A DNA stretch of 55,566 nt, filler included, from Sluysia triapertura (taxonomy: Eukaryota), in assembly GCA_046118255.1 (NCBI GenBank). It is 4 parts of 4 records of this genome, joined end to end, with 100 filler letters (N's around TTAATTAATTAA, not from the genome) between each part and the next. Parts side by side here need not be neighbours in the genome. Positions count along the whole stretch, not along the records: positions 1 to 13,215 come from JBJNIA010052333.1; positions 13,316 to 25,485 come from JBJNIA010132401.1; 2 more parts are not named here. One strand, 5' to 3'. Under the pieces are notes generated by a model. The model was given only the letters and a program-made list of their open reading frames with translations, was not told the origin of the DNA and did no database searches. A program made the translations under genes and the position numbers. Position 1 is the stretch's first letter; each line of letters begins with the position of its first letter. This document shows positions 1 to 21,271 of this stretch, one piece after another.

Positions 1-425
1 TAAAAAACTTTTCAGCACCAAATTCTGTTAAAAAATTACAAAGACTTTTAGGCTTGGTCGGATATTATCGAAAATTTATAGAAGGTTTCGCAAAAATAGC
101 TCATCCTTTGTATACTTTAATAAAAAAGCAATCAAAATTTTATTGGACACCAAAACAACAAAAGGCATTTGAAGAATTGAAAGAAAAACTTATGAGTTAT
201 CCTATTTTATGATTTCCAGATATGAGTCGTCCTTTTATTATAATCACTGATGCCAGTGGTTATGCCATAGGTGCTATTTTAGGGCAAAATAAACAGATGA
301 TAGTAAAGATCATGTAATAGCGTATTCAAGTCGAAAATTAAAAAATCATGAGAAAAATTATTCGACAATTGAAAAGGAAGGCTTAGCAATTATATTTGCA
401 GTAAAACAATTTCATCATTATGTAA
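1..425 (+). mobile_element. Ty3/gypsy LTR-retrotransposon pol remnant (RT thumb/connection + RNase H), pseudogenised
   Basis: Manual translation: KNFSAPNSVKKLQRLLGLVGYYRKFIEGFAKIAHPLYTLIKKQSKFYWTPKQQKAFEELKEKLMSYPIL*FPDMSRPFIIITDASGYAIGAILGQ..(frameshift)..[37 protein letters not shown]. Contains the canonical LGLxGYYRKFI, TDAS and [11 protein letters not shown] motifs; in-frame TGA at 210-212. Confidence 0.95.
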
Positions 426-3400
426 AGGTGTGCATAATTTTATATTTTATATTTTTTAATTTTTGTATGTTTGTGTAATTTTAAAAAATATTATAAAAAT
501 TATTAAAATTTATATATTTAAAAAAATTATTAATTTAATTATAATAAAATTAAAATTATTCTTATTATAATTTTATAAAGACCTAAAAAGAAACTTCTAG
601 AAATGTATTAAATTTCAAAAAATGTCTTTATGAGTATATAAAGACAGTGACAAATAAAGCAATCGCCATCATTAAAAATTAGAACGCCATTTGCAATCAC
701 AATTGAATTATAAACAAAGAAGATCGTCATCATCAACAAATCCGACGTCATTATCTTCAAATAAAGAAAGAGAACAAGGAAATAAGTGCTCCATTTTATT
801 AACGAGCGAATTCGTGGTGTCATTCAATTTCAACAACTCCATTAATAATTTCTCATCACAATAATTGTGTGATTTCCGCGTCTTCGATTAGAGGGTAACA
901 CATATACAGCAACAATAATCACAATTGGAAGATAGATTTTGGACAATATTTTTGAAGATTTTGATTAAGTAAAATTCGTAAGTTTGGTTTATATAAGTTG
1001 TTAACTTATAAAATATACTTAAAATACTATTTTTCACGGTTGGTCATTAAGGCCAATCAAAAAATCAAACTAAAATCTAAAATCTCGAATTTTAGTTGGC
1101 CCTTAAGGTCAATTACAAAATCATTATCACAGTGCAGAGTCTTTTGGCTAGGTCTAAATAATCCAAATATTATTTATATTATAATTTTATTGTTTGTTGG
1201 TGTTATCAATTATCATTTATTCATTTTGTTAAATTATTAATATTTATGTTCTATTTTGTATAATAAAAAAATATTAGAGGGATTTTGAGCCTTTTGTATT
1301 ACAACCGAAAAATCTAAATTAAGTTTATAGCTATTTTTTAACTTACGAAATAACTCTTAATTATATATATTTTTATGAAAATAAAAGTTACGTCGATTTT
1401 GATATTATTTTTATTAAGTTTTAACGGTCGTGATATTAGAATTTAGAAATAAAAGAAAGAGCACGTTCTTATACTATTATTCATTTAATTTTAATTCAAA
1501 TATCTATTAAGCTAGCGTTGGTCTTACTTAGTTGTTAATTGATTTAAGCGACGATTTTGCCCATTATTGTTAAGTTAAGGCAAAGAATATTTTTTGTGCG
1601 AATTAATTTTCATAATTGCTTTCACGTAATTTTACAGGTACGCCATTAGTAAGTCGTATACTGTAAACGGACTCATAATAATTAATTATTTTGCCGTAGG
1701 TTAGGTTTTCAGGTTAAGAAAACTCCCAGCATATTAAAGGGAATAACTTATAAACTATCAACTTATGATTTGTTCTTTGGTAATAAAGAATTTCGCTGGA
1801 GCTGCAGATTAAATATTTTCAAATAGCTGGATACAGGGACTCAAAGTGGAATGTTTTTTTCAAATGTATTAATTCCAAAAATACTGAATCATCAGATACA
1901 CGATAAGCAACGGTTATACAAATTGTTTGAAGGCAAAAATCCACAGATACACTAATTGCAACTGTAAAATCCGAAATTAAATTTTCCAACTTAACAATCT
2001 CTAATTATGATTATTACTGCTGTCAGTCGTGTACTTTATTTATTGCTTTTTATATAAAAAGTTATTAAGGGTACCACACTCAAAATTGTAACTAAAATGT
2101 TTTAATACGCCCAGAATATTAATTAAAATATTTTCTTAAACTTATTATTTTAATTAAGTCTTAAAAACTGTTAAATTTTTAAATTTATTTCATTTAATTT
2201 TTTATAATTTCGTAAAATATTTATTCAAATATTACATAGTGTGTACTAGACCCTGACATGAGCTTTATCTTTTTTAAAATTTTTTTTGATTTAGAATATA
2301 TCCTTTCTAGTACTAATTTATAAGGCATAGGCATAGGCTGATTCATAACTACGTTTAAACACAATAAGTTTAAGTTGTACATTATGAACTCGATAAGTTA
2401 ATTTCTTTATTCAGTAGTATGACATAAAAATACTCTTTACATCATGACTATATTTTCTTAAATCTCAAACATAATTTGCATCTCACTGGCTGCAGTCGAA
2501 ACGATATTTATTTCACTCATAATATTTTGAAATTCAGCTGTAAACTGAATAACAAAAGCAGATGGAATAATATTACAGTATAATAATACAGTATAATACA
2601 GTAAAGTGTAGCACAGTATAATACAGACTTTTTCTTTCATATGCTGATTGTATTATTGAATTATTGTATTATTGAATTATTGTATTATTGTATCATCTGG
2701 AGCAAACCATGTATGAATGACTAATGTAATCGTGAAAGGTTTTGTATAAATTTAGCAAACTCTTCTATAGATTTAACACAGTCATCTTCAATACTTCAGC
2801 AAAATACCCAACAATAAATTGTGGTGGTAATAAATTTGTTTTTTCTTATCGAAGTCTTTCAAAAAAACCTTCCAATTTCACGGACAAATATACACTTCGT
2901 TTTGTTATTTGAGAAAATAAATATGTAATTACTTTACATTCTGGTTCACTAGACTGAAATATCTTAACATTAGTTGGTTCCATATCAAATATTTTCATAC
3001 TAGACAAAGCATAAAGTCGTTTAACACTTTGAGAAATAATTAAAATTATTTATTATTTTTGTTAATATTTAATAAATAAATAAATAAATGCATTTTAAAT
3101 ATTGTAAGTTTATTTTGTACACATCATATTACTAAAAGGTAATAAATAATACTTTCCAAATATTATAATTATGTTATTTTTAAAATAACATTTATTGATA
3201 AAATGTAATAGTAATAATTTTAAAATTTATGAAACTTTTTAACTGATGATTATAGCTTAATAGTGAAGCACAACGAACTATTTATTAAAATTATTACTTT
3301 ATAATACATTTAATTTAAATATTTTAAAATTAACTTTTTCTTATTAGAAAAATACTTATTTGAAAATTTAATATTAAAATATTAAAAGTTATTCTTATTT

Positions 3401-3896
3401 TCTATGATACTATTTATTATAAATTTGAATAACTTATATTACAATTAAAGAAATCAATTAAATTCTTAATCAAAAAACAAAAATATAATTAAAAATATCT
3501 CAATTCAACGTATTTAAAATTTTTATTGACGTGATTCTTTAACTCACGTGACAATAAGTAGCACGTTTTATTTAGTTGAGTGGTTTATAGTTTTATTTCA
3601 TAAAATATTTTGTTTAATTTATTTTTCGATTGCTTACATCTTTATCTTTGATTATCGCTTTTGTTAATTTTAATTAAGCCTTTTTATACATTTTTATGCA
3701 AAATATAAAATAATTAAAATAATTATCATTTTAAAATAATCATATAAATCTAAATAAGTTATAACTCCACATACGTTTCAAGATTTTCATGTAGTAATTG
3801 AGTAAATTCAATTGATCTTTGATCAATTATTGAAATAGATGTATATAAATAATGGCGTTTTTATCAAGTATAAGTTAATACCTGTCACTGAACAAA

Positions 3897-12163
<8,267 letters not shown>

Positions 12164-13030
12164 TAGTAATAATGACAATAATAATCACTATAATTTTTAG
12201 CTTACTCATTAAGACTTATATTATTACAATATTTGAAACGTTTTATGTCATTGCCTTAATTGACTATGAAAAAATTAATTTAATGCCATTTTTCTAGTTA
12301 TTCGAAAGTTATTGTCAGTTATTGATATAATAATATATTTTATTATATTAAATAAAGATTTCATTTGTCACATTTATTCTGTATTTTTTAGTCAGTATTC
12401 TTACATTGATATGATTTATGTAGTCCTAAGATATTGAAATGATTGATTCATGTATTTATAAAATACATACTTATTTGATTATAAAGATTATTTGGTAGTT
12501 TCAGTTTTTAGTTTACATATTTATGCTATTTTCTATTTTATTTTGAATCTGACACATGATTTCATGAAGCATAAACTTGTATATGAAATCGAAAAATATA
12601 AATATTTATCTAATTACTAAATAAAATCACAAACTTATTTTAAAATCGAATATTCTTGCATTTGTCAATATTTTATATTATTTGATAATATCTTAATTAT
12701 AAATAAAATTTTTGATTGTGTGAGCGTTTAATAGTTTAGTAGATTAATAGTTTAATTTACTTTACCGGATAAAATAGAAAATGATCTAATAATTTTGCTG
12801 ATTCTTCCCACGTTTATTTTAGTATTAAATGCTACTATTTCTTTTTTATATAACAGACGAAACTCTACATAAAACGTTAATGTGAATATTAATATTGTAC
12901 ATTTAATAAATGAAAATATTTCTTTGTTTATTTTGTAACTTATTGTTTTTTAATAAAAAGTATTAAAAACATATAATATTAAAACCTTATTAATAGAAAT
13001 ACTGTAGTATCATGGCTTCCTTTGATCCAC

Positions 13031-13136
13031 GTAGTAGTAGTGGTAGTAGTGGTAGTAGTGGTAGTAGTGGTAGTAGTGGTAGTAGTTAGTTCTGGTAGTA
13101 CCTAGTACTAGTAGTAATGTTATTTAAAAGAATTAA

Positions 13137-13175
<39 letters not shown>

Positions 13176-13215
13176 TACTATTACTATTACTATTACTATT
13201 ACTATTACTATTACT
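13031..13215. repeat. (GTAGTAGTG)n and (TTA)/(TTACTA)n simple repeats at the contig end
   Basis: Directly visible; the contig breaks inside the repeat. Confidence 0.9.
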
Positions 13216-13315
13216 NNNNNNNNNNNNNNNNNNNNNNNNNNNNNNNNNNNNNNNNNNNNTTAATTAATTAANNNNNNNNNNNNNNNNNNNNNNNNNNNNN
13301 NNNNNNNNNNNNNNN
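13216..13315. other. Artificial contig spacer (44 N + TTAATTAATTAA + 44 N)
   Basis: Exactly 100 nt with a core giving stops in all six frames; identical to the two other spacers. Confidence 0.98.
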
Positions 13316-15644
13316 GTGTGTGTGTGTGTGTGTTTGATTGTAATTTATTTGTAAAATTAGTAACGAAATCAATTCTCTTATGTAGCAATTTTCTAAACAC
13401 AATTGTTCCAGTAATCTATTATCGAAAACAACACAAAATCAAAACAAACCAACGTTGATTAAGTTTGGCAATCCATGTCAAGTTCCAAATCTTCTAACCA
13501 TGATTGATGTGATTAATTAAAACTATGTTTTCTCGTGAAACTATTAATTTAACTCTTACTGTGATTTCCTCTGCTTTCAATAAATTCTGATGCAGGAAAA
13601 CCATTCGAAGTACATCAAGTTTTTTGATTAAACATATGTCGGATTCTGAATTGCGCTTTGCAAGGTTTCATTCTATTTGTTTATGGTTTATCTGATTAAT
13701 TCGTCATGCGAAATTCCATGCTAAAACATTCCATTGATTTAAATCGTAGAATTCCAATTTTTCCTTGAATGATAGCCTACATCTTTAATGTACACCTTTT
13801 CCGAAACTGGCATTAATCCAAAATTTTCTCAGAAAACCTATTTTAATTAAGTTAATAACAAATGTCCTTTTATCAATTTTATATCTTTTTAATGTACTAT
13901 TTAAAAAGATAAATAAATGATATGTCATTACTAGCTTTCTTGTTGAGCATAATTAATCCACTAATCACTTTTATTACCATTATTGTTATTTTTACTATTA
14001 ACTTTTAGTATACAATATTCGTTATAATTATTAAAAATTATTATTGAATATAAATTGAATTAACAGTGAATAACCTTCATCGCACAAATGACTGTATAAA
14101 CACCATATAAACGGTTTATTCGTCCAACAATCATTAAACTTAATGGCTGTGCATTTACAATTTCATTTTAGAAATAATGAATACAATATTATCTTTATAT
14201 TATAATTTTAAATATAATTTTGTAAAATTTTTTTAGTTAATTTTCGTTTAGGCTTTCTGTCTTTTAATTGTTTTAACTCAAATTACTCAAAATTAATTCT
14301 TTATAATTGTCCAACTCTTGAATCTTAATGTAATCTGAATTTTGATCGAATAACATTTAATTTGCAACTCCTTTATTGGTTTTATTTTTAGTAACACAAG
14401 ATATTTCTATGGTTACTACTTTACTACTACAAGTATGGCCTTATAAAATTTACGTATTTTTATTATTATCCATTTGGTTTGCTGATGAAAAACGTTTACT
14501 CTTATAAATTTACTTCATATAAATTTATTGTGTAAATTTTTGTTCAATTCGCTAGAGCAGCAATTCTTATATTCGTTCAGTACTCGTTTCTGTTCTTAAA
14601 GATAGAAGTCCTACTTTAATCTGTAAATATCTTTAAACTTTTAGATTCTTTAACAGACTTTAAAATTCTCAAAGTATCTCTAAACTCTTTAAAATGGTGT
14701 AATATTTCTTAAATTTTTGAAGCTCTTTGAAATCTAATTTATCAATCCCTTACCGATTAATAAATAATAAATTGCGATCCAAAGTTATAAATACACAATT
14801 ACACTATACGTGAATCGTTAACAAATTTTTAATATAATTTTCTAAAATTTATTTTTACACAATGCAGAAAAGTAACAAATATACTCACATCTTCAAACAA
14901 ATATCAATGTAGTGTTATTCGGGATCACCAATATTGTTTACCAGAAGTCTCTTAATCGAGAGGTTACCAATCGATGTACCGTTTCCAAACAATTTGATTT
15001 ATAAGCCAAAAATATTCAAAAATTGCATTCAAAATTTCTTGCATAAATTTATCAACCTCAGCACCACAAAATTATCAACGCATATAAAACTAAAATTATT
15101 TATATTTGAACTTCTAAAAAAATTTTGATTTATGCAAGACGTACATAACTGCATAAAAATTACATTAAATATATTATTAAATTATCTATCATTAAGTTTT
15201 TAATATATAAGCATATTTATTGCATTAAATCTATTATATTTTTTGCATTGTCTAATATTAATTTATTAACACGTAAACATATTTCTACTTAACACATATT
15301 AAAATTTAATTTAACATTATTTATTAATAATTCAATATACGAATGCATCATTCAATATTTCATTCACAATTTATTTGCATACAATCAACATTCATAATTC
15401 ATTTTGTTCAGACATTATTTAGAATTCAATTTATTTAAAATTTGAGACATTAATTTAATATTAAAATTTAATCATTCAATTTTTCATTCATTTAAACATT
15501 TGATCATTAGATTGATTTAATTAATATTTTCATTTAAAATCCAATCATTAACAATTTTATAAATCCTAATAAAAGTAAGGAACTAATTTTTCAATCTCAT
15601 AACACATATTTATTCTATTTTACATTACTAATTTATTTATTTAG

Positions 15645-18486
15645 ATTCAATGACGGTTGTAACTATTGTTATTGTGTTTCAAACAAGAAAGCTAAATGTC
15701 CAGCATCTAAATGCAAATTCTACGTTACAAGCATGATGACAAAGTCTCAGTATTGTACAAAAATAAAACGAAAAGTATATTTAGGAATATTATTATCTAT
15801 TTTGAAGTTGATTGTATATTAATTCAGTCAAATAAATAAATAAAATAAAATAAATTTGTAGAGCTTGAGACTAAAATGACTATTTCAACTCAAACGTAAC
15901 ACTGTACGCTGTGTATTCGTTCAGCAATTACGAATGTTTTCAATAATTTCAAAAATAATATATTAAATAAAATAAATAATTTCAATAATTTCTTTAACTT
16001 TTAAAAGAAAAAGTTTTCATTATTTTTTTAAAATAATAATATTATTAAATTATTATTATTATCAAGAATTTGGATATTCAATATTTTTAAAGTTCCAATA
16101 AATTAAAGCCCGTAAAAGTTCCATAAAAATGTTCATAAAATTATCTATTCTTTCCAATAAAATAAATATATTGTTATTTAACATTTTCGAAACACTGTTT
16201 ATAAATAAAATATGGTTAATATATATTCAGTTTCCATGATGGAACACTTGTAAATGTGACGTGGGGGCTGAAATAAACGCTTCCCGTGTGATAATGTCAC
16301 ATATCCATGTTGAAATAAACATAACATAGACAGGAAAGCAAAACTTAAACAACTTAGTTAAGGATAGTCAAAGTAGTTACTTTCGAACCAGTTGTTTGTA
16401 TAAAAGTAATGATAAAACTTAAAAGTTTTTGTAATGTTAATTTAATTGCTTACGAGAATTTTTGGCAAAACATTATAAAATTTATTTTGTTCAATGTCAA
16501 GAACTCTTCAGAAAATATGACTTAATAATGAACAATATCATACATTGCTACATGAGGCACAACCAAATGTCATATTTTGAATTTTTCAAATATTTAATTC
16601 AAACACGGAATAATTTCCTATCATTCTTGACATACATAACATGCACTTTACAAGCTCATTAATTAAACTTTTAACTAATCAACAGGTTAAAAACAAAAAC
16701 TGCAGTAAGAGAAAACAGTCTAGTATGAACTTTAAAAAATTTATTTTCATTTTATTTCTGCAATAAGATTTGCTAAAAGTTGTTTATTTTTGTAGTTATT
16801 AGATCCACTCAAATTAATAATACGTTTATAGTATTTTAACAATATTTTATTATTAGTAACATTAATATTATTATAATAAATATTTTAAATATTTATAATA
16901 TTTTGTTTAATTTTATTATTTATTTTAAGTACGCATTGCAATGATTATGTTTTTTTCAGAATAAAGTTGCTCTTAATGTTTACAAGCTACTAACTAGTAT
17001 TAAGGTTCCGAATTTAACTAAGCATTCAAAATCAAAACTGAAATCAGAACATACTGCGGTTGATTTCGTACGAAAATTTGATGAAAAAAATGTTTTGTTG
17101 AAAATCAAAGAATTGAAACGTGAACTAAAAGAAGATCAAAGTGCAAAAGAGTATATTTTACGTGAAAAACAGTTTTTAAATATTGAAATTTACAATGCTA
17201 CTCTTCGATTGCACAGTGCAAAAATTCAAAATCGATCAAATCGTTATATAGATTTGATAAAAAGTACAATTTCTGAACTAAAACAACAATTAGAAACAGT
17301 AAACAGTCGATCAAGAATAACTGACAGTAGAATTAAACAGTTACAAACTGAACTGCTAAAGTATCAAGAAATGCTTAATAGTCATAAAAGTAAAGAAAAA
17401 GAGAGAACAATTGATGATGAACATAATAAGAAATTTGATTGGCCAAATAGTTCAGATCACGATAATGGACCTAGAAACAAAGACAGATTTATTCCCAGTA
17501 ATCTTGATCGCGGATTTGACAAAAAAGGCAACGATGAAAAAAATAAAAGAATTTATCCGAAAGATAAAGACAGAAATCTGAATCCCGGGTCTGAAAACAG
17601 TCATACTAATGCGTCTTATCCACATGAAAATATGTGGAAACATAAAGATAAAAGTAAGCCAAATAATCATGATAATTACGTTACAGATAATCCAAGTTAT
17701 AAAAAACAAACAAATACCAGAAGAGACAGAATTAATATACTAAAATATTTTGATTTCAACTACATAAAAACGTTTCAAAGATTGCTTTATAAAATGAAAC
17801 GAATAATCGAATGGAATTTAGCAGCTGATGAGCTTTCCCTAGATAACATAAAAAATAAATGGTACCACCATCATTACGATGAAGATAAATTTAAAGAAAA
17901 TTTACACAGATCCATTAATTATGAAGTGAAGTTAATTAAAGAAGTAAATACTTTAATTCGAATGTTAAAACTAAAAACATCAAATATTACAAATTTGTTC
18001 AATTCTTTGTTCAAATCAAACCAAAATGAATTTAAAAATTTGATAAAATTAAATAATAATATAACTTTACAAAATCAAATGTTGATATTTAAAAATTTGT
18101 TAAAACTTCAAAATCAAGTAAATCAACATTTCACAACTAAAGCTTTAGTTCATAAATTGAATTTTTTATTACCAATTTTAAAATCGGAAAAGAAATTGAA
18201 ACCGAAAGCATTTTCTAGAATAAGTAAAAATAAAAATTTCCTGTTAACGAGAAATGAATTGAAATACCTTAGGAGAATAAATCGATTGCTTTACCAAAAA
18301 TATATTCATTATTTTGAATTATCGGAAATAAAACGTCAACTGAAACGTGACATAATTCGTAAAGCCGAACATTTTCATCGAGGACACTGGAGATATAAAA
18401 AGTGTTTTAGTTTAATAAAACTAAATGTTTTCTTGATGATTCTGTCTAGTTTCATTATATTTCTGATAAATGTTAGACAGACGTAA
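15645..18486 (+). CDS. Uncharacterised protein, 5'-partial: Cys-rich pacifastin/VWC-like exon (15645-15774) spliced to a large terminal exon (16960-18486) with coiled coil, polar low-complexity linker, basic region and C-terminal hydrophobic segment
   Basis: ttag|..FNDGCNYCYCVSNKKAKCPASKCKFYVTSMMTKSQYCTKIKRK|gt ends in phase 0. The acceptor ttttcag at 16959 opens in phase 0 into the frame of the 463-aa ORF (NKVALNVYKLL..LKIKELKRELKE..). A ~1.5 kb stop-free frame at this AT content is very unlikely by chance. Confidence 0.7.
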
Positions 18487-19559
18487 AATATAATTTTTGT
18501 TCGAATGTATTTTCGTGTTTAGTTTATTTTCTTAAATATTTTTTAGTAGATTTAAAAAAATCAATTACAAGTAAATAATAATATTATAATAAATATTTTA
18601 AAGTTTGCGTAAGTAAATTTATAAATTTAAGCATAACATTTAACTCTGATCTCAGTTTTCATTCATTTATTGAACACTTACTAATAATTTGATACCTTAT
18701 TGAACTTACTGGAAATTTTAAATATTGTTTTGCATCGCCAATTATAGTTTATTTTGAAATTTAAATGACAATTTGTATCGAAAGTGCCAATGGGATGTAA
18801 ATAAATAAAATTCAGATGCTTAAAAAATCAGTACATTTAATAAATAAAGTTGTAATAAATTTAATTACAAATATGGTAACTTCGTGAAATAATGCGAATA
18901 ATAATTACTTAACAAGAGTGAGAGTAATTGTAAAATTATTTAGAAAATTTGCAGCTTTTGGTCTAAACCATATAATGAAATGATACGAGTGTGGTGGCCA
19001 ACCTTTTAATTAAAAATTTAAATCAATTTTAAACTTGAAAAATCTCAATCCTTATAAGATTTCACATTTTATTTTTTAGACTCCTTAAAATTTTAGATAT
19101 TTTAAAACATTTTGAATTCACAATTTCACAACATTAAAATCATAGTCAGCATCTTAAATTATCAAATGTACATTTGGTTCATCACAAATACAAGATAAAA
19201 TTCCAATAAAATTCTTTAGATAAAATTAAAGAATAAAGTAGCTATAAACATTTTAATCATCATCATTATTGTAGAAACACTATAATAAAATATAATAAAA
19301 TAGTTATTAATTTTTAATTATCAAATAGAAATGGTTTTTTCTAAAAATTTCGGTAACGTTTTATATATAATAATATTAAATTAAAAATATTCAAAAATAT
19401 TATTTACAATTTATTTAAGTTTTTACTATAAAAATATATTTAAAAATATTTTTAGATATTATTATTTACAATTAATGAAAATGAAAATATGTTTTATTTA
19501 CAAATATTTATTAAGACATTAATATTATTTACAGATATTAATCCCACCAAACAGATAGT

Positions 19560-20120
19560 ATAACCTTTTTTGGTGAATGTCGGTATTCGAAGTGGTTTGA
19601 GTTGGTTCATCCATGCGCTTAACATTTTGCGAACAACTCATTTTTCGTCGGCAGTAATGATTCGTTTCAAAAAAGAAGCAAATCACAGTCGTTAATGCGA
19701 CGAAGCAAATTTCGTTCTGAATGAACAAGTGGAACCCATATATCAAGTTTTCACGTGATCATGAACGGTCGAATTCGACAAATTTAACCTCTCAGCAATC
19801 TTACTACTTCTTATTCTATCACGGTTTGTATCTATCAATGCCTTTATTTTGTCTTCATCGGCTTCAACAAGCCTTCCAGAACGTGGTGGATCTACAACAT
19901 CGAAATTGCTGGAATGAAATTTTAAAACCAATTTTGGCATTTTCGTTCGATCATTACATCTCCATAATTTTCGCCTTTTAACTTTTCGATAGTAAAAATA
20001 CGCCGAAAATGCTGTTTTCGATTTTCGTCTTTGATGGGGCACCAAACTAAAACTATTTCAAAGAATCAAACAAAATTATTAACAAGCAAGCCTTACTATA
20101 TCAGCTGTCAAAATATACAA
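19560..20120 (-). mobile_element. Mariner transposase remnant (N-terminal HTH region and WVP linker)
   Basis: KFHSSNFDVVDPPRSGRLVEADEDKIKALIDTNR..KIAERLNLSNSTVHDHVK matches the mariner F-x-SG-x-F..PRSGRP..IAERL..S-x-STV..H pattern, followed after a frameshift by WVPLVHSERNLLRRI (WVPHEL-like). Confidence 0.9.
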
Positions 20121-21271
20121 TGATCATGTGGCTTAAGTGCGAAATTGGATGTGAAAAAATTCTGTTGGAAAATTCCAAAATACATTTAATTTCAGCTATA
20201 CATAAATCATATATATTACATATTACATATTATTTAATTTCATGTTTTACCCATTTTTATTATTAATCTATTTTAACTATTGGTTCATCATTTATACCAT
20301 TATGGCTGATTAAAATGTTACTACTATAATTATTATTCGTAAAATATTAAAAGTTTATTATTTAAAGATATTCATTTAAAACATTTATTTCATTCACATA
20401 TCGATTAATTGTTATTAATAGTATAATTTTGTTATTGTTATTCATAGCATATTTTCACCATTCAACATTCATATTTAACTTATTTTCAAACATTTAATTA
20501 CCGTATTTTGATTCCAAAATTACAAGTAGAATATAACCTATCTTTAAAATCCAAATTAAAATCTTTATAAATAAAATTAAGAACTCGCGTCTTATTATTT
20601 TTTATTATTTTTATATTAATCATACATTTAAGCTTATATTCCTCGTACGTGTGTAATTGTAGTATTCCACTTAACTTGTAATTAATTTTTACAGATAGAT
20701 TAACCTACCTTCAAAATCATCAAATAAAATCACTACGAATAATATTTAAAAACTGATATTTTAACTGTGGAAATTTTAGAGTGTGTATCTATTTACTTTT
20801 TACGATATTGATCACATAGTAGTATATTTGTATTACAGTTGTAGATAGCGTATATTCATTTAAGGTTTTTATGTCGTATTTAAATAACATAACTGTATTT
20901 CTAATATAGATTAAAGTAGTTAAAATAATATGTAGATTTAAGAATTTCAAACCATAAGAAAAACTAATATAATTCAGCAATCAGAAGATTTCATTAAGAA
21001 CTAAATGTATAAATAAAAATTAGAAAGAAAGAATAGAATAGTAATCTACATTACTATTCCAAACAATAAACCATTAAAGTTATACCGTTAAATAAGTGAA
21101 TTCAGAGGACTAGAAAACTATATATTGACAAAATTTCGAAGACTGCAGAGGAATTGTCGATAATATTCTTCGAATAAATAAGAAAACAAATTATTAAAAG
21201 AAAATTGAATAGCTTTAGAAATCATACGTGAATATAAATTGAAACGCACCCGCATACAAATAATTTAGTAG

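Noticed and set aside
210-212. In-frame TGA codons suggesting a variant genetic code
   Set aside because: Intact genes use TGG for Trp and have no internal stops; stops occur only in elements that also carry frameshifts, and include TAA/TAG.
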